DNA of 63,706 bases, counting the filler, from Bradymonadales bacterium (GTDB lineage Bacteria > Bdellovibrionota > UBA2394), in NCBI GenBank assembly GCA_007693605.1. It is 3 parts of 3 records of this genome, joined end to end, with 100 filler letters (N's around TTAATTAATTAA, not from the genome) between each part and the next. Parts side by side here need not be neighbours in the genome. Positions count along the whole stretch, not along the records: positions 23,609 to 44,516 come from REDG01000079.1; 2 more parts are not named here. The stretch is one strand, 5' to 3'. The position numbers and the translations under genes are program-made. A model generated the notes under the pieces. The model was not told the origin of the DNA, did not search any database, and saw nothing but the letters and a program-made list of their open reading frames with translations. This document shows, one piece after another, positions 27,469 to 37,459 of this stretch; the stretch's first letter is position 1, and the number at the start of each line of letters is the position of its first letter.

Positions 27469-28256
27469 GTTCTCTGTATGACATTATTGCGTTCGAGAAT
27501 CTGCTCGCCTTTTTGCTCGTCCTTTTTCGGGTTCTTGGAGTCTTCTTGGCGGCACCCATTCTGGGGAACCGAGCGATTCCGCCCATGTTTACGATTTGCT
27601 TTTCTCTCGCGCTTTCATTTTTGATCTTGCCTGTAATTAGTCTTCCTGAGGTCTCGAATGCGGCAAGTGATTTGATGATTCTACAGCTCGTGGTCCAAGA
27701 AGTGACGATTGGGGTGATGATTGGCTTTGTGGCCGCCGCCATTTTTGCAGCCGTCCAGGCAGCAGGCGAGTTGTTTGGAATCAAGCTTGGTTTTGCCATG
27801 GCTACCATCGTAGACCCTTCCACTCAGGGCTCTGCCAGTATTTTGGGAAGCTTCTATGTGATCTTAGGCGGCCTGATTTTTCTGTATCTGAACGGGCATC
27901 ATGCCATTCTTTTGGCGACGGTAAAAAGTTTTCAGCTACTCCCTTTGGGGGAGGGCTTTGAGATGCTCTCAGGCGGTATCTTTGTGGACTTTGTTGTGAA
28001 GCTTGTGGTGGTGGCGATTCAAATCTCTGCCCCTGTCGTGATCGTCCTGACCCTTTTAGCGCTTATCTTTGGCTTCATTACCAAAATGTCTCCTCAAATG
28101 AATATCTACTTTAATGTGGGTTTCATTTTGGGGCCCCTTTTGGGTCTCACCACAATCATCCTCACTCTTCCCCTGTTTCGAATGTTGATGGTGACGCTTA
28201 CGACAGAGTTTGAGTCAGATTTGGTACAACTCTTAACCGCTTTGAAAGGAGCCTAG
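27465..28256 (+). CDS. fliR: flagellar export protein FliR
   Basis: hydrophobic; AGE..G.KLGF...VDP, NGHH, PQMN motifs. Confidence 0.93.
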   Translation: MSSLYDIIAFENLLAFLLVLFRVLGVFLAAPILGNRAIPPMFTICFSLALSFLILPVISLPEVSNAASDLMILQLVVQEVTIGVMIGFVAAAIFAAVQAAGELFGIKLGFAMATIVDPSTQGSASILGSFYVILGGLIFLYLNGHHAILLATVKSFQLLPLGEGFEMLSGGIFVDFVVKLVVVAIQISAPVVIVLTLLALIFGFITKMSPQMNIYFNVGFILGPLLGLTTIILTLPLFRMLMVTLTTEFESDLVQLLTALKGA

Positions 28257-28257
28257 T

Positions 28258-29367
28258 TTGGCTGACGATCAGGAAAAGACGGAAGAGCCGACACCGAAGA
28301 AGCTATCGGAGTCGCGAAAAAAGGGGGAGGTGCCTCAGTCGAGGGACTTCGCCACTTTTGTCGTTTTCTTGGGGCTGTGCATTGTGGTCTATTTCACGGC
28401 AGGAAATCTGTTTCGAACTTTGGTGACGGCTTTTGAGGCCAGTTTGCAGGTCGATCAAAATCTCATCGGCACTCAGGCCGAGTTTATTGGCTTCACAAAA
28501 GACATCATCATTTTGCTTTTGAAGGGGATTGCACCTATCTTTGGAGGCGTTTTTCTGTTCGCACTCTTTGCCTATATCGGACAGTTCGGATTTCTGTTCA
28601 CAACGAAGCGCCTGGTTCCAAACTTTGGAAAGATCAACCCCATGAAGGGTCTCAAGAGGATCTTCTCAAAAGACACTCTCGTGGAGCTTGTGAAGTCACT
28701 TTTTAAGGTCAGCGTTTTGGGCGTCATCATGTTTCTGATTATGCGATCGGAAATGGACAATCTGTTGGTGGTTGGCAGAGAAACGATTGCCGGTATTTTT
28801 CTTTACACCATGCAGCTCACCATGAAGCTGATGCTTGGTGTGCTTGCCTTCTTGCTTGCTCTTGGCTTTGTAGATCTTTTGTACCAGCGCTGGAGTTTTC
28901 ATCAGAAGCAAAAGATGTCGGTGAAAGAGGTAAAAGATGAATTCAAGCAACAAGAAGGGGATCCTTTGGTGAAAGCTCGAGTTCGGCAGATCCAGCGAGA
29001 GGTTGCTCGAGCCCGAATGATGGACGATGTTCCCGGGGCCGATGTCGTGGTTGCGAATCCAACTCATGTGGCGGTTGCGCTTAAATACAAGCGAGGTCAG
29101 ATGACCGCGCCGGTCGTGGTTGCCAAGGGGGCCGGATTCATCGCAATCAAGATCAAAGAGATTGCGATAAAAAATGGCGTTCCCGTTCTTGAAAAGAGAA
29201 GTCTCGCACGATTCTTGTTTCGAAATGTGGATATTGGCGAGATCGTTCCAGAGTCTTTGTACTCTGCAGTGGCAGAGGTCTTGGCCTATGTGTATCGAAT
29301 GAAAATGAAATACAAGTCCTTCGGATCTCTTCCTTCAGAGCTTCGAGGCGGAGAGGCACCAGCTTAG
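28258..29367 (+). CDS. flhB: flagellar biosynthesis protein FlhB
   Basis: EKTEEPTPKK, EGDP, NPTH autocleavage site; TTG start after AAAGGAG. Confidence 0.95.
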   Translation: MADDQEKTEEPTPKKLSESRKKGEVPQSRDFATFVVFLGLCIVVYFTAGNLFRTLVTAFEASLQVDQNLIGTQAEFIGFTKDIIILLLKGIAPIFGGVFLFALFAYIGQFGFLFTTKRLVPNFGKINPMKGLKRIFSKDTLVELVKSLFKVSVLGVIMFLIMRSEMDNLLVVGRETIAGIFLYTMQLTMKLMLGVLAFLLALGFVDLLYQRWSFHQKQKMSVKEVKDEFKQQEGDPLVKARVRQIQREVARARMMDDVPGADVVVANPTHVAVALKYKRGQMTAPVVVAKGAGFIAIKIKEIAIKNGVPVLEKRSLARFLFRNVDIGEIVPESLYSAVAEVLAYVYRMKMKYKSFGSLPSELRGGEAPA

Positions 29368-29378
29368 GAAACTAAACT

Positions 29379-31502
29379 ATGTCAGATGAAAGAATGACAG
29401 AGAGTACGATCGCGCCGCCAGGGCTGATGAGTCTTCTAAGAAGCCGAGAATCTTTCTTGGGCTTGGGTCTCATTGGCGTGGTCTTGATCATGATGATTCC
29501 GCTGTCCCCCTTCTTTCTGGACAGTTTTTTAATCATTTCGATCTCTGCAGCTCTTGTGATTTTCTTGATTTCAATCTATTTGGGCCGGGCGATTGATTTT
29601 AGCACCTTTCCCGCAATCTTGCTGATCGTCACCATCTTTCGCTTGGCGCTCAACATTGCCTCAACGCGACTTATTCTCACTGAGGGAGCCTCCGGCCAGC
29701 AAGCGGCGGGCTCGATCATTAGTACTTTCGGAAGTTTCGTTGTTGGCGGCAACTATGTCGTCGGAATTATCGTTTTCATCATCCTGGTGGTGATCAATTT
29801 TATCGTAATTACCAAAGGTGCTGGTCGTGTTGCTGAGGTGGCAGCTCGATTCACCTTGGACGGAATGCCCGGAAAGCAGATGGCCATTGATGCAGACTTG
29901 AACGCGGGTCTGATTGACGAAGCCACGGCTAGAGAGAGGCGAAAGCTCATCTCCGTTGAGGCCGACTTTTACGGGTCAATGGATGGTTCGAGTAAGTTCG
30001 TTCGTGGGGATGCAATTGCCGGCATTATCATTACCATTGTCAATATTGTTGGGGGATTGATTATTGGGGTCGTCCAAAACGGCTTGGATCTGGTGACAGC
30101 GGCACAAACCTATACAGTGCTCACCGTTGGAGACGGGCTCGTGACGCAAATTCCAGCTCTGATTATCTCCACGGCCGCGGGTTTGGTGGTCACTAAAGTA
30201 GATATGGGTAAAACCATGTCTGATGATTTCTATACACAGGTTTTTATGCAGCCCAAGGCCTTTGCGGTCGCGGCTGTGGTCACCGGAATTGGAGCTTTGC
30301 ATCCGAATATGCCATTTATTCCATTTTCAATGGCGACCATCGCTCTCGTTTTTCTCGCGATGCGATCTAAAAAGGCCATGGAAGACAAAGCCCAAGAAGA
30401 AGAGAGAGAAGCGCTAGAGAAGAAGATGGCTGAAGAGGCCAAGTCGATTCGTCGCACACCCGAACAAGATCCGACGCAGTGGGTGGCTCCGGTGGATCTC
30501 TTGGAGCTCGAAGTGGGCTATGGTTTGGTGCCTTTGGTGGATGAGAGACAAAATGGGGATCTTCTCAAAAGAATGACACATCTTCGAAGGCAATTCGCTC
30601 AAGAGATGGGTTTTGTGGTTCCTCCAATTCACATTCGAGACAACCTGCAGCTGCGGCAAGGGGAGTACTCTATTCTTGTCAAAGGAGTGAAAGTTTCTGG
30701 GGGCGAACTCTTTGTAGATCGAATGTTGGCCATCGATCCGGGCACGGTAAGCAGTGCCATCGAGGGAATTGAAACCAAGGAGCCCGCTTATGGCCTTCCA
30801 GCGGTCTGGATTGGCGAAGAAAACAAAGATCAAGCCCAACTGATGGGCTACACCGTGGTCGACAACTCAACCGCACTTGCCACTCATTTGAGTGAAGTCA
30901 TTCGCACAAATTCGTCTCAGCTCCTGGGTCGTGAAGAAGTGGGCAAGCTCTTGGAGCGACTCAAAGAGACGCATCCGAAAGTCGTCGAAGATCTCATTCC
31001 GGATCTCATGACCGTTGGGCAAGTAATGCAGGTCCTCAAGAACCTTCTAAGCGAGCAGATTCCGATTCGAGACCTGCCGACGATTTTGGAAACACTGGCC
31101 ACTCATTCTGGAAGAACAAAAGATAGCGACCTTTTAACAGAGTCTGTGCGTGAGGCCTTATCTTCGACCATCACTCAAAGCTTTATGCAAGAGGGCAAGT
31201 TAAAGGTCTTGGTGCTTGACCCAGATCTAGATGAGACCATCGCAAAGAGTTTGATTCGCTCAGAGGACGGGGTTCAGATCACGATGGAGCCCAGAAAAGC
31301 GCTCGACATGATCAACGCCCTTCAAAAAGAATGTGATCGGCTCGCGAAAGAGGGAATTCAGCCGGTGGCCCTCACATCGCCGAGCATTCGAATGTATTTC
31401 AGAAAGTTGATTGAACGCCAGGTTAAAAACTGTGCCGTCATTTCTCACAATGAAGTGAATTCACTCGGCCAACTCGAAAGCGTTGGAGTGGTGAAGGTTT
31501 AA
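29379..31502 (+). CDS. flhA: flagellar biosynthesis protein FlhA
   Basis: RVAEVAARFTLDGMPGKQMAIDADL, FYGSMDG, GDGLVTQIP, IHIRDN. Confidence 0.96.
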   Translation: MSDERMTESTIAPPGLMSLLRSRESFLGLGLIGVVLIMMIPLSPFFLDSFLIISISAALVIFLISIYLGRAIDFSTFPAILLIVTIFRLALNIASTRLILTEGASGQQAAGSIISTFGSFVVGGNYVVGIIVFIILVVINFIVITKGAGRVAEVAARFTLDGMPGKQMAIDADLNAGLIDEATARERRKLISVEADFYGSMDGSSKFVRGDAIAGIIITIVNIVGGLIIGVVQNGLDLVTAAQTYTVLTVGDGLVTQIPALIISTAAGLVVTKVDMGKTMSDDFYTQVFMQPKAFAVAAVVTGIGALHPNMPFIPFSMATIALVFLAMRSKKAMEDKAQEEEREALEKKMAEEAKSIRRTPEQDPTQWVAPVDLLELEVGYGLVPLVDERQNGDLLKRMTHLRRQFAQEMGFVVPPIHIRDNLQLRQGEYSILVKGVKVSGGELFVDRMLAIDPGTVSSAIEGIETKEPAYGLPAVWIGEENKDQAQLMGYTVVDNSTALATHLSEVIRTNSSQLLGREEVGKLLERLKETHPKVVEDLIPDLMTVGQVMQVLKNLLSEQIPIRDLPTILETLATHSGRTKDSDLLTESVREALSSTITQSFMQEGKLKVLVLDPDLDETIAKSLIRSEDGVQITMEPRKALDMINALQKECDRLAKEGIQPVALTSPSIRMYFRKLIERQVKNCAVISHNEVNSLGQLESVGVVKV

Positions 31503-31520
31503 AGTTGAGGAGGCAGTGTT

Positions 31521-32924
31521 ATGGGTATGCAAATAAAGAAATTTAGAGCGGCCACGCTTCAGAAGGCCATCGAAGAGGTTCGTTGGGAGCTTGGAGATGG
31601 GGCCTTGATTCTTCAAGCCGATCCTCTTCCAGACTCTCGCTTAGGTCGCAATGCAGTCGAGGTGACGGCGGCCATCGATCGAAAAGAACTGACCCCAAGA
31701 TTTAAGGCCACTCTATCGGATGAGGCCGCTGAGAGAGAGCTCACGACTGCCCCAGAGCCAGCCTCTAGCTCACAATCAGGCTTTCTTCGATCCTTGTTTG
31801 GTCGAAAAAAATCCAGAACCACTCCCACCACCGCCTCTGTGGCACCGAAGAAAATCGAAGCAGCCAAGGCGGCAATCTCTTCGCCCTCTTCTGTTGATTC
31901 TGGGCAAGAGGATCGACCGGCAACGGGAGCTTCAGCCGGACAGTTCTACGCTTTCAAAACGATGCTCGAGCCCCTGCAAAAAGAGATGCAACAGATTCGG
32001 CAGAAGCTGCAAGACGAACCTAAGCCAAAGACAGACCGAAGCCCCAGCGTTTCTCTTTTAGAAAACGAGATTCAGTCGCTCAAAAAGAGCTTGCAGCACT
32101 ATATGACCGAGAAGCGATTTGAGGGCTCTCGAATGACAGATGAAATGAAGAAGCTCGTGACCTTTTGGAAAGATCGTGGAATGTCCGATCGGCAAATCTA
32201 TAGCTTTCTCTTTCAGTTGAAGGAAGAAGGAGCAAAGTTTGACCAGATTCAGGTCGCACAGGAAGTGAAGACTCGCCTACAAGGTCTAGTGAGAGAGGCG
32301 AAAGTGCATGAAAGCCCTAAGCAAAGAATCATTTGCCTTGTTGGACCAACAGGAGTTGGAAAGACCACGACGATTGCAAAGCTTGCGGCTTACGAAAAGC
32401 TGAGGCTTAACCGCAGTGTGAGTTTCTTCACGATTGACGATTATAAAATCGGAGGCACCGATCAGCTCGCTCACTACGCTCGCATTCTCGAGGTTCCGTT
32501 TTTGAAGACAAGGAGTGATTTGAGTCTTGAAGAGCAGATTCAGCATTGCAATAGCGACACCATTTTTCTAGACACCTTCGGAGTGTCGCCTCGAGATGAA
32601 AGAAAAATGATGAAGCTAAGACGAGCGCTCAACTTTGAGAGCCCCGAGCTCAGGGCCAGGCTTCAGGTTCATCTGACACTTCCTACGAATCTTCATCAAG
32701 GGGATGTTGAGCTCATGCTTCAATCGTTCAACCGAATTCGTCCCGACTGCTTGTTGTTTACCAAGTGGGATGAGACAGAGCACTGGGGCGGAATGTTGGC
32801 GACGATACTCAGCAGTTCGATTCCCGTCTCTTTTATTGGTAACGGTCAGGAAGTTCCAGACGACATCAATATTTTTTCGGCGGATAGTTTTTTAGAAAAG
32901 GTTCTGAATTTTAATCAAGACTGA
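31521..32924 (+). CDS. flhF: flagellar biosynthesis SRP-type GTPase FlhF
   Basis: MQIKKF...ELGDGALI N-terminus, GPTGVGKTTTIAKLA, DTFG, TKWDE, GQEVPDD. Confidence 0.92.
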   Translation: MGMQIKKFRAATLQKAIEEVRWELGDGALILQADPLPDSRLGRNAVEVTAAIDRKELTPRFKATLSDEAAERELTTAPEPASSSQSGFLRSLFGRKKSRTTPTTASVAPKKIEAAKAAISSPSSVDSGQEDRPATGASAGQFYAFKTMLEPLQKEMQQIRQKLQDEPKPKTDRSPSVSLLENEIQSLKKSLQHYMTEKRFEGSRMTDEMKKLVTFWKDRGMSDRQIYSFLFQLKEEGAKFDQIQVAQEVKTRLQGLVREAKVHESPKQRIICLVGPTGVGKTTTIAKLAAYEKLRLNRSVSFFTIDDYKIGGTDQLAHYARILEVPFLKTRSDLSLEEQIQHCNSDTIFLDTFGVSPRDERKMMKLRRALNFESPELRARLQVHLTLPTNLHQGDVELMLQSFNRIRPDCLLFTKWDETEHWGGMLATILSSSIPVSFIGNGQEVPDDINIFSADSFLEKVLNFNQD

Positions 32925-32937
32925 GTTCGGGGGGAAT

Positions 32938-33792
32938 ATGGACCAGGCAACGAAACTGAGGGATCAAGTGTCTCACAGAAAAAAAGCAAAGAAGACCAAA
33001 GTCATTTCGGTCACCAGTGGAAAAGGCGGGGTCGGAAAGACTCAATTGGTGGCCAATCTGGCAATCGCCCTGAGGGCAAAGGGGAAAGAGGTTCTCATTT
33101 TCGATGGAGATATGGGTCTCGCAAATATTGACATCGTCTATAATATCTCACCGCCCTACAATCTTAGTCATCTGGTCAGGGGCTCTAAGACGATTCAAGA
33201 GGTTCTTTTTAAGGGTCCAGACGGTGTGCAGATCTTGCCCGCAGCCAGTGGAATTCAAGAGCTTACAGCTCTTGGCTCAGAGTCCAAGCAAGCCATTGTT
33301 GAGCAACTGGATGAACTGGAGGGGATGTTTGACTATGTCTTGATCGATACCGCGGCAGGAATTTCAGACAATGTGATGTATTTGAATACTGCGGCGCAGT
33401 ACATTTTCGTCGTTGTCACGCCTGAGCCCACAAGCATTACTGACGCTTACGCCTTGATGAAGGTGCTCTCGAGTCGCTATGGCGAAAAACAGTTTCATAT
33501 TGTAACGAATCAAGTGACTTCTGAAGCGGAAGCGAAAACCATTTTCAATTCTCTTTTGAATGCAACGGATCAGTTTTTAGACTCGATTCAACTGTGGCAT
33601 CTCCACAGTTTTCCTTTTGATTCGGATGTGAGAAAGGCAATCACTCAGCAAACCCCGATCATTAAGTTTAGGCAGCATTCTGACCTTAGTACCTCTTATG
33701 TTGATCTGGTAAAGAAGGTTGAAGCTCTGCCGATAGAGTCCCCAAAGGGTGGAATTCAATTTTTCATTAAACAGGCGATCGTTGGGGGCTGA
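32938..33792 (+). CDS. flhG: MinD/ParA-family flagellar number regulator FlhG (FleN)
   Basis: MDQATKLR, SGKGGVGKT, TPEPTSITDAY; between flhF and fliA. Confidence 0.93.
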   Translation: MDQATKLRDQVSHRKKAKKTKVISVTSGKGGVGKTQLVANLAIALRAKGKEVLIFDGDMGLANIDIVYNISPPYNLSHLVRGSKTIQEVLFKGPDGVQILPAASGIQELTALGSESKQAIVEQLDELEGMFDYVLIDTAAGISDNVMYLNTAAQYIFVVVTPEPTSITDAYALMKVLSSRYGEKQFHIVTNQVTSEAEAKTIFNSLLNATDQFLDSIQLWHLHSFPFDSDVRKAITQQTPIIKFRQHSDLSTSYVDLVKKVEALPIESPKGGIQFFIKQAIVGG

Positions 33793-33794
33793 TT

Positions 33795-34586
33795 TTGAGT
33801 CGGATCGGGCAATACAAGAAAGCCAAGGCTAATCTTCGCCTCAGCAAGGCAGAGAAAGAGAAGCTCGTGCAGGAGTACGCCCACTTGGTTAAGCTCACCG
33901 CTTTTCGACTCATGGCAAAGCTCCCGAAAGAAGACTTTCTAGACGATCTCATCTCTTGTGGGAACATCGGACTTCTAGAAGCTCTAGAGTCTTTCAATCC
34001 TGAGTTCAACATTAAGTTCGAGAGTTTTGCGAAGTTCAGAATTAGGGGAGCCATGCTCGACGAGTTAAGGCATCGCGATTGGATTCCCAGAAGCATTCGA
34101 TCACAGCTTCGAAAAATCGATGATCTGCATAAACGGCTTGCGTGCCAGTTAGATCATTTGCCGGACGATCGAGAGATGGCGGCGGCTCTTGAGCTGAGCA
34201 TTGATGAGTACTACGACATGATGACCTATCTGCAGCCGGCAGGCTTCGTGTCCTATGAAGATTTGGTTGGGTCAAGGGCTGATCAACGAAGCGTTCTTGA
34301 TTATCTAGAGGATCGAAAATCTGCTCATCCTGATCTTGAGCTCCAGTTGAAAGAGGTTCGGCATAGTATCATCCACGCACTTGAGAAGCTGACGCAAGAC
34401 GAACAGGTCGTGATGGCACTCTACTACTATGAGGGGCTCACTTTCAAAGAGATTGGCTCGGTTCTGAAGGTCTCTGAATCTCGAATCAGTCAGATACATG
34501 CACGGGCTTTGCTAAGGTTAAATTTAAAATTAAAGGTTCTTAAAGATCAGATTGATGATCTTGACGAGCTTCAAGAAGGAGAATGA
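33795..34586 (+). CDS. fliA: RNA polymerase sigma-28 factor FliA/WhiG
   Basis: DDLISCGNIGL, RIRGAMLDELR.DW.PRS, YYYEGLTFKEIG..L.VSESRISQIH. Confidence 0.93.
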   Translation: MSRIGQYKKAKANLRLSKAEKEKLVQEYAHLVKLTAFRLMAKLPKEDFLDDLISCGNIGLLEALESFNPEFNIKFESFAKFRIRGAMLDELRHRDWIPRSIRSQLRKIDDLHKRLACQLDHLPDDREMAAALELSIDEYYDMMTYLQPAGFVSYEDLVGSRADQRSVLDYLEDRKSAHPDLELQLKEVRHSIIHALEKLTQDEQVVMALYYYEGLTFKEIGSVLKVSESRISQIHARALLRLNLKLKVLKDQIDDLDELQEGE

Positions 34587-35008
34587 GTATGAATTGGGTT
34601 TTGGGATCAGTCGATTATCTTTTGACTTTTGCAACAACTTGGCAGCCTTGGTTGGCTGAGCACGCGATTCTTCTTCTGATGGGCGCGGCGATCGTCATTC
34701 AGTGGATCGGCTTTCAGGCTCTCTTGATTCACTATCACCTTTTTCGAACACGAGTAAAAAAGAAGAAGCCAGACACCAACCGAGTCCACCAACTCGAGGC
34801 CTTGGTCGACTTTCAAAATACAAGAATTGAGCAAATCTTTGAGAAATACGCGGCCTTAAAGAAAGAAATGAACGGTCTTGAGAAGGAGTCGATTCGGAGA
34901 GAAAGTTTCACTCCGGTTCAGAGTACTGAGTCCGTTGAAGCAAGCTTCATGTCTATGGGTGAGATCAACTTGAAGAAGCGTTTAGAAAGTTTGAAGCGGT
35001 CGCAATAG
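34583..35008 (+). CDS. membrane-anchored coiled-coil hypothetical protein coupled to fliA (SwrB/DUF6115-like by position)
   Basis: ATGA overlap with the fliA stop; one TM, coiled coil, C-terminal MSMGEINL. Confidence 0.65.
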   Translation: MSMNWVLGSVDYLLTFATTWQPWLAEHAILLLMGAAIVIQWIGFQALLIHYHLFRTRVKKKKPDTNRVHQLEALVDFQNTRIEQIFEKYAALKKEMNGLEKESIRRESFTPVQSTESVEASFMSMGEINLKKRLESLKRSQ

Positions 35009-35161
35009 CGAAGGCCTTGGGAGGGTTTTAGTTTTGAAGCCTTGGAATGCAAAGATTGCCGACAGAAAGTTGCCGAGAGCAGAGCACTTGACGGCCCGCA
35101 TCGGGCAAGAGCTTCTGCTTAATTCCATGAATCTTCAGACTTTTCTGGAGCTGCACTGCGC

Positions 35162-35177
35162 AGGAATGAAGTTTGCA
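35162..35177 (+). promoter_or_regulatory. sigma54 (-24/-12) promoter of the flgF operon
   Basis: AGGAATGAAGTTTGCA = GG-N10-GC, 25 nt before flgF. Confidence 0.6.
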
Positions 35178-35202
35178 CTAAATGAAGCCGGAGTTTTAAG
35201 AG

Positions 35203-35946
35203 ATGTATAACGCAGTAAGCGGACAGTCCGCGATTTTTAAACAGATGCAGGTGATCGCCAACAACTTAGCGAATATGGCGACTCATGGATATAAGGCCGA
35301 GAAGGTCATGTTTGAGAAGAGCTTGAACGAGGCGGCCCAAAGATCTTTGAACCTTCCTCGAGAGGGCGGAAACTCAAACCCTCTGAACAGCTTGGAGTTT
35401 GCGAGTGTTCGAGGCGCCTATACCGACCTAAGCCAAGGGGCGATGCAAGTGACCGGAAACCCCCTAGATGTTGCGATTCAGGGTGAAGGCTTCTTTGTGG
35501 TCATGACGGAGCAGGGCGAGAGATACACTCGGTCTGGGGCATTTACTTTAGATTCGGCGGGTCGACTGGTGACGCCAACCGGAGATCCTGTGCAGGGGGA
35601 TGGTGGCGACATTGTGATCAGTGGTGGAGGCGCCGTTCAAATCGAACAGGATGGTGAGGTTCGAGTGAATGGTGAATCTCGAGGAAGGTTGAGGGTCACA
35701 TTTTTGAGTGACCAGAATCTCATTCGTGAATCTTCCCTCCAGTTTCGGGCAAGAGAAGGCTCAACGCCCATTGATCAGCCCGAAGCTAAGATTTTATCGG
35801 GAACTCTTGAGGGGAGTAATGTGAATGCAGTTCGAGAGTTAACGGATATGTTGCAGGCTGCGAGGCTTTATGAGGCCTTACAAAAGACTCAGGAGTCGAA
35901 CTCTCGGATGTCTCGTGGTCGAAACGAAGTTTTTGGAAGATCTTAG
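35203..35946 (+). CDS. flgF: flagellar basal-body rod protein FlgF
   Basis: IANNLANMAT.GYK, TGNPLDVAI.G.GFF, YTRSG, LEGSNVN; precedes flgG. Confidence 0.9.
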   Translation: MYNAVSGQSAIFKQMQVIANNLANMATHGYKAEKVMFEKSLNEAAQRSLNLPREGGNSNPLNSLEFASVRGAYTDLSQGAMQVTGNPLDVAIQGEGFFVVMTEQGERYTRSGAFTLDSAGRLVTPTGDPVQGDGGDIVISGGGAVQIEQDGEVRVNGESRGRLRVTFLSDQNLIRESSLQFRAREGSTPIDQPEAKILSGTLEGSNVNAVRELTDMLQAARLYEALQKTQESNSRMSRGRNEVFGRS

Positions 35947-35963
35947 CAAAGAGGAGTGGGGAA

Positions 35964-36746
35964 ATGATTAAAGCTTTATTTACAGCGGCAACAGGAATGG
36001 AAGCACAGCAAACGAGAATCTCGGTGATTTCCAACAACCTGGCCAATATGACAACCACCGGTTTTAAGCAAAGTAGAGCGGTGTTTCAAGACTTGTTGTA
36101 TCAGACGGTATCTGAGCCGGGTGCAGAGACTGCAAATGGAGTGACTCAGCCATCACCGTTTCAGATCGGAAGCGGTGTGAGAGTCGTTTCGACCCCCGCC
36201 GTTTTTACTCAAGGAGTGCTCGAACAAACTGGCAGAAATTTAGACATTGCTATTGAAGGCGATGGCTTTCTTGAGGTGGAACTGCCGAATGGTACAGGCT
36301 ATACCCGATCTGGTGCGTTGGCTGTGAATCAGAATGGAGATTTGGTTACTCAGAATGGATTTCTGATTCAGCCTGGAGTGGGCAATCTGAACGGCGTCAC
36401 CGGCTTGACGATTGGGGTCGACGGAGTGGTCTCTGGAATTCCAGAAGGTCAAAGCGATATTACGAACTTAGGACAAATTCAGATCTCCACATTTTCTAAC
36501 CCCGCCGGGCTAAAGGCGATTGGACGGAATTTGTTTATGGCGAGCGAAGCCTCAGGCGATGCGCAAGCCGTTAATCCGGGTGAAAACAATTCGGGCACCC
36601 TGAGACAAGGTTTCTTAGAGGGTTCAAATGTGAATGTGGCAGAAGAGCTGATCAATATGGTGATGGCCCAAAGGGCTTTTGAGCTGAATTCAAAAGTCAT
36701 TCGAACCTCTGATGAGATTCTGGCGGCCACGAACCAAATGAGATAA
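35964..36746 (+). CDS. flgG: flagellar distal rod protein FlgG
   Basis: AATGMEAQQ, FQDLLYQ, QGFLEGSNVNVAEEL..M..AQRA. Confidence 0.95.
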   Translation: MIKALFTAATGMEAQQTRISVISNNLANMTTTGFKQSRAVFQDLLYQTVSEPGAETANGVTQPSPFQIGSGVRVVSTPAVFTQGVLEQTGRNLDIAIEGDGFLEVELPNGTGYTRSGALAVNQNGDLVTQNGFLIQPGVGNLNGVTGLTIGVDGVVSGIPEGQSDITNLGQIQISTFSNPAGLKAIGRNLFMASEASGDAQAVNPGENNSGTLRQGFLEGSNVNVAEELINMVMAQRAFELNSKVIRTSDEILAATNQMR

Positions 36747-36751
36747 CGAGA

Positions 36752-37459
36752 ATGAGAAAGAGCTTTAAAATTTTCATTGTTCTGATTGCGGTGATTCCGA
36801 TGTGGTTGACTCTGGTCGCCATGGCAGAGACTCCATCCACCTCTGAAAAGTGGAGAAGTGCACTCAATGCTAGGCTTTTGGAGATCAGTGATCCGAGAGT
36901 TCAGATCACTGAGCTGATTTCTGGAGGAGAACTGCCCGACCTGAAGACTTTGTCTGAAAACATCCAGTTTGATTTGACTCAGATCAACCCGAGGGGGATT
37001 TCTCGAATTGGTGTGACGGTTCTTGACGAGAAGGGGCGTCTGAAAAGTCGATTCTCTTTGAGAGCGAGGGTCTATGCGGAACTTCAGGTTCCGGTAAGTC
37101 TTCGTCCACTTCGAGCCGGTGAAATAGTTCAACGCGAGGACATCGAAATGCGCTGGATGGATGCGGTGCAGGTTGGAAGCTCTCCGATCAACCCCAATCA
37201 GCTCTTTGGAGCGCAGATCCGTTCATTTATTCCGGCAGAAAGCGTTATCCAAGTGGCACAAGTTCAACCCCCGCAACTCGTTCGGCGAGGGGAGAGAGTG
37301 AAAGTGATGGTGGTTTCTGATGGACTGAGTGTGTCCACCATCGGGATCGCTCAAGAGGCTGGAGTTTTAGGTCAAAACATTCGAATTTTGAATCCAGACT
37401 CTCGAAGAGAGATGTTCGCAACGGTGACAGGATCTCAGATGGCGGAGGTGCGAATATGA
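36752..37459 (+). CDS. flgA: flagellar P-ring formation chaperone FlgA
   Basis: signal peptide, SAF-like LVRRGERV...G.A.E.G..GQ.IRI.N..S. Confidence 0.88.
   Translation: MRKSFKIFIVLIAVIPMWLTLVAMAETPSTSEKWRSALNARLLEISDPRVQITELISGGELPDLKTLSENIQFDLTQINPRGISRIGVTVLDEKGRLKSRFSLRARVYAELQVPVSLRPLRAGEIVQREDIEMRWMDAVQVGSSPINPNQLFGAQIRSFIPAESVIQVAQVQPPQLVRRGERVKVMVVSDGLSVSTIGIAQEAGVLGQNIRILNPDSRREMFATVTGSQMAEVRI

Noticed and set aside
35180..35205. Possible frameshift at the flgF 5' end (N-terminus a few residues shorter than typical)
   Set aside because: ATG 35203 has GGAG upstream and the ANNLAN motif is intact; no evidence of a lesion
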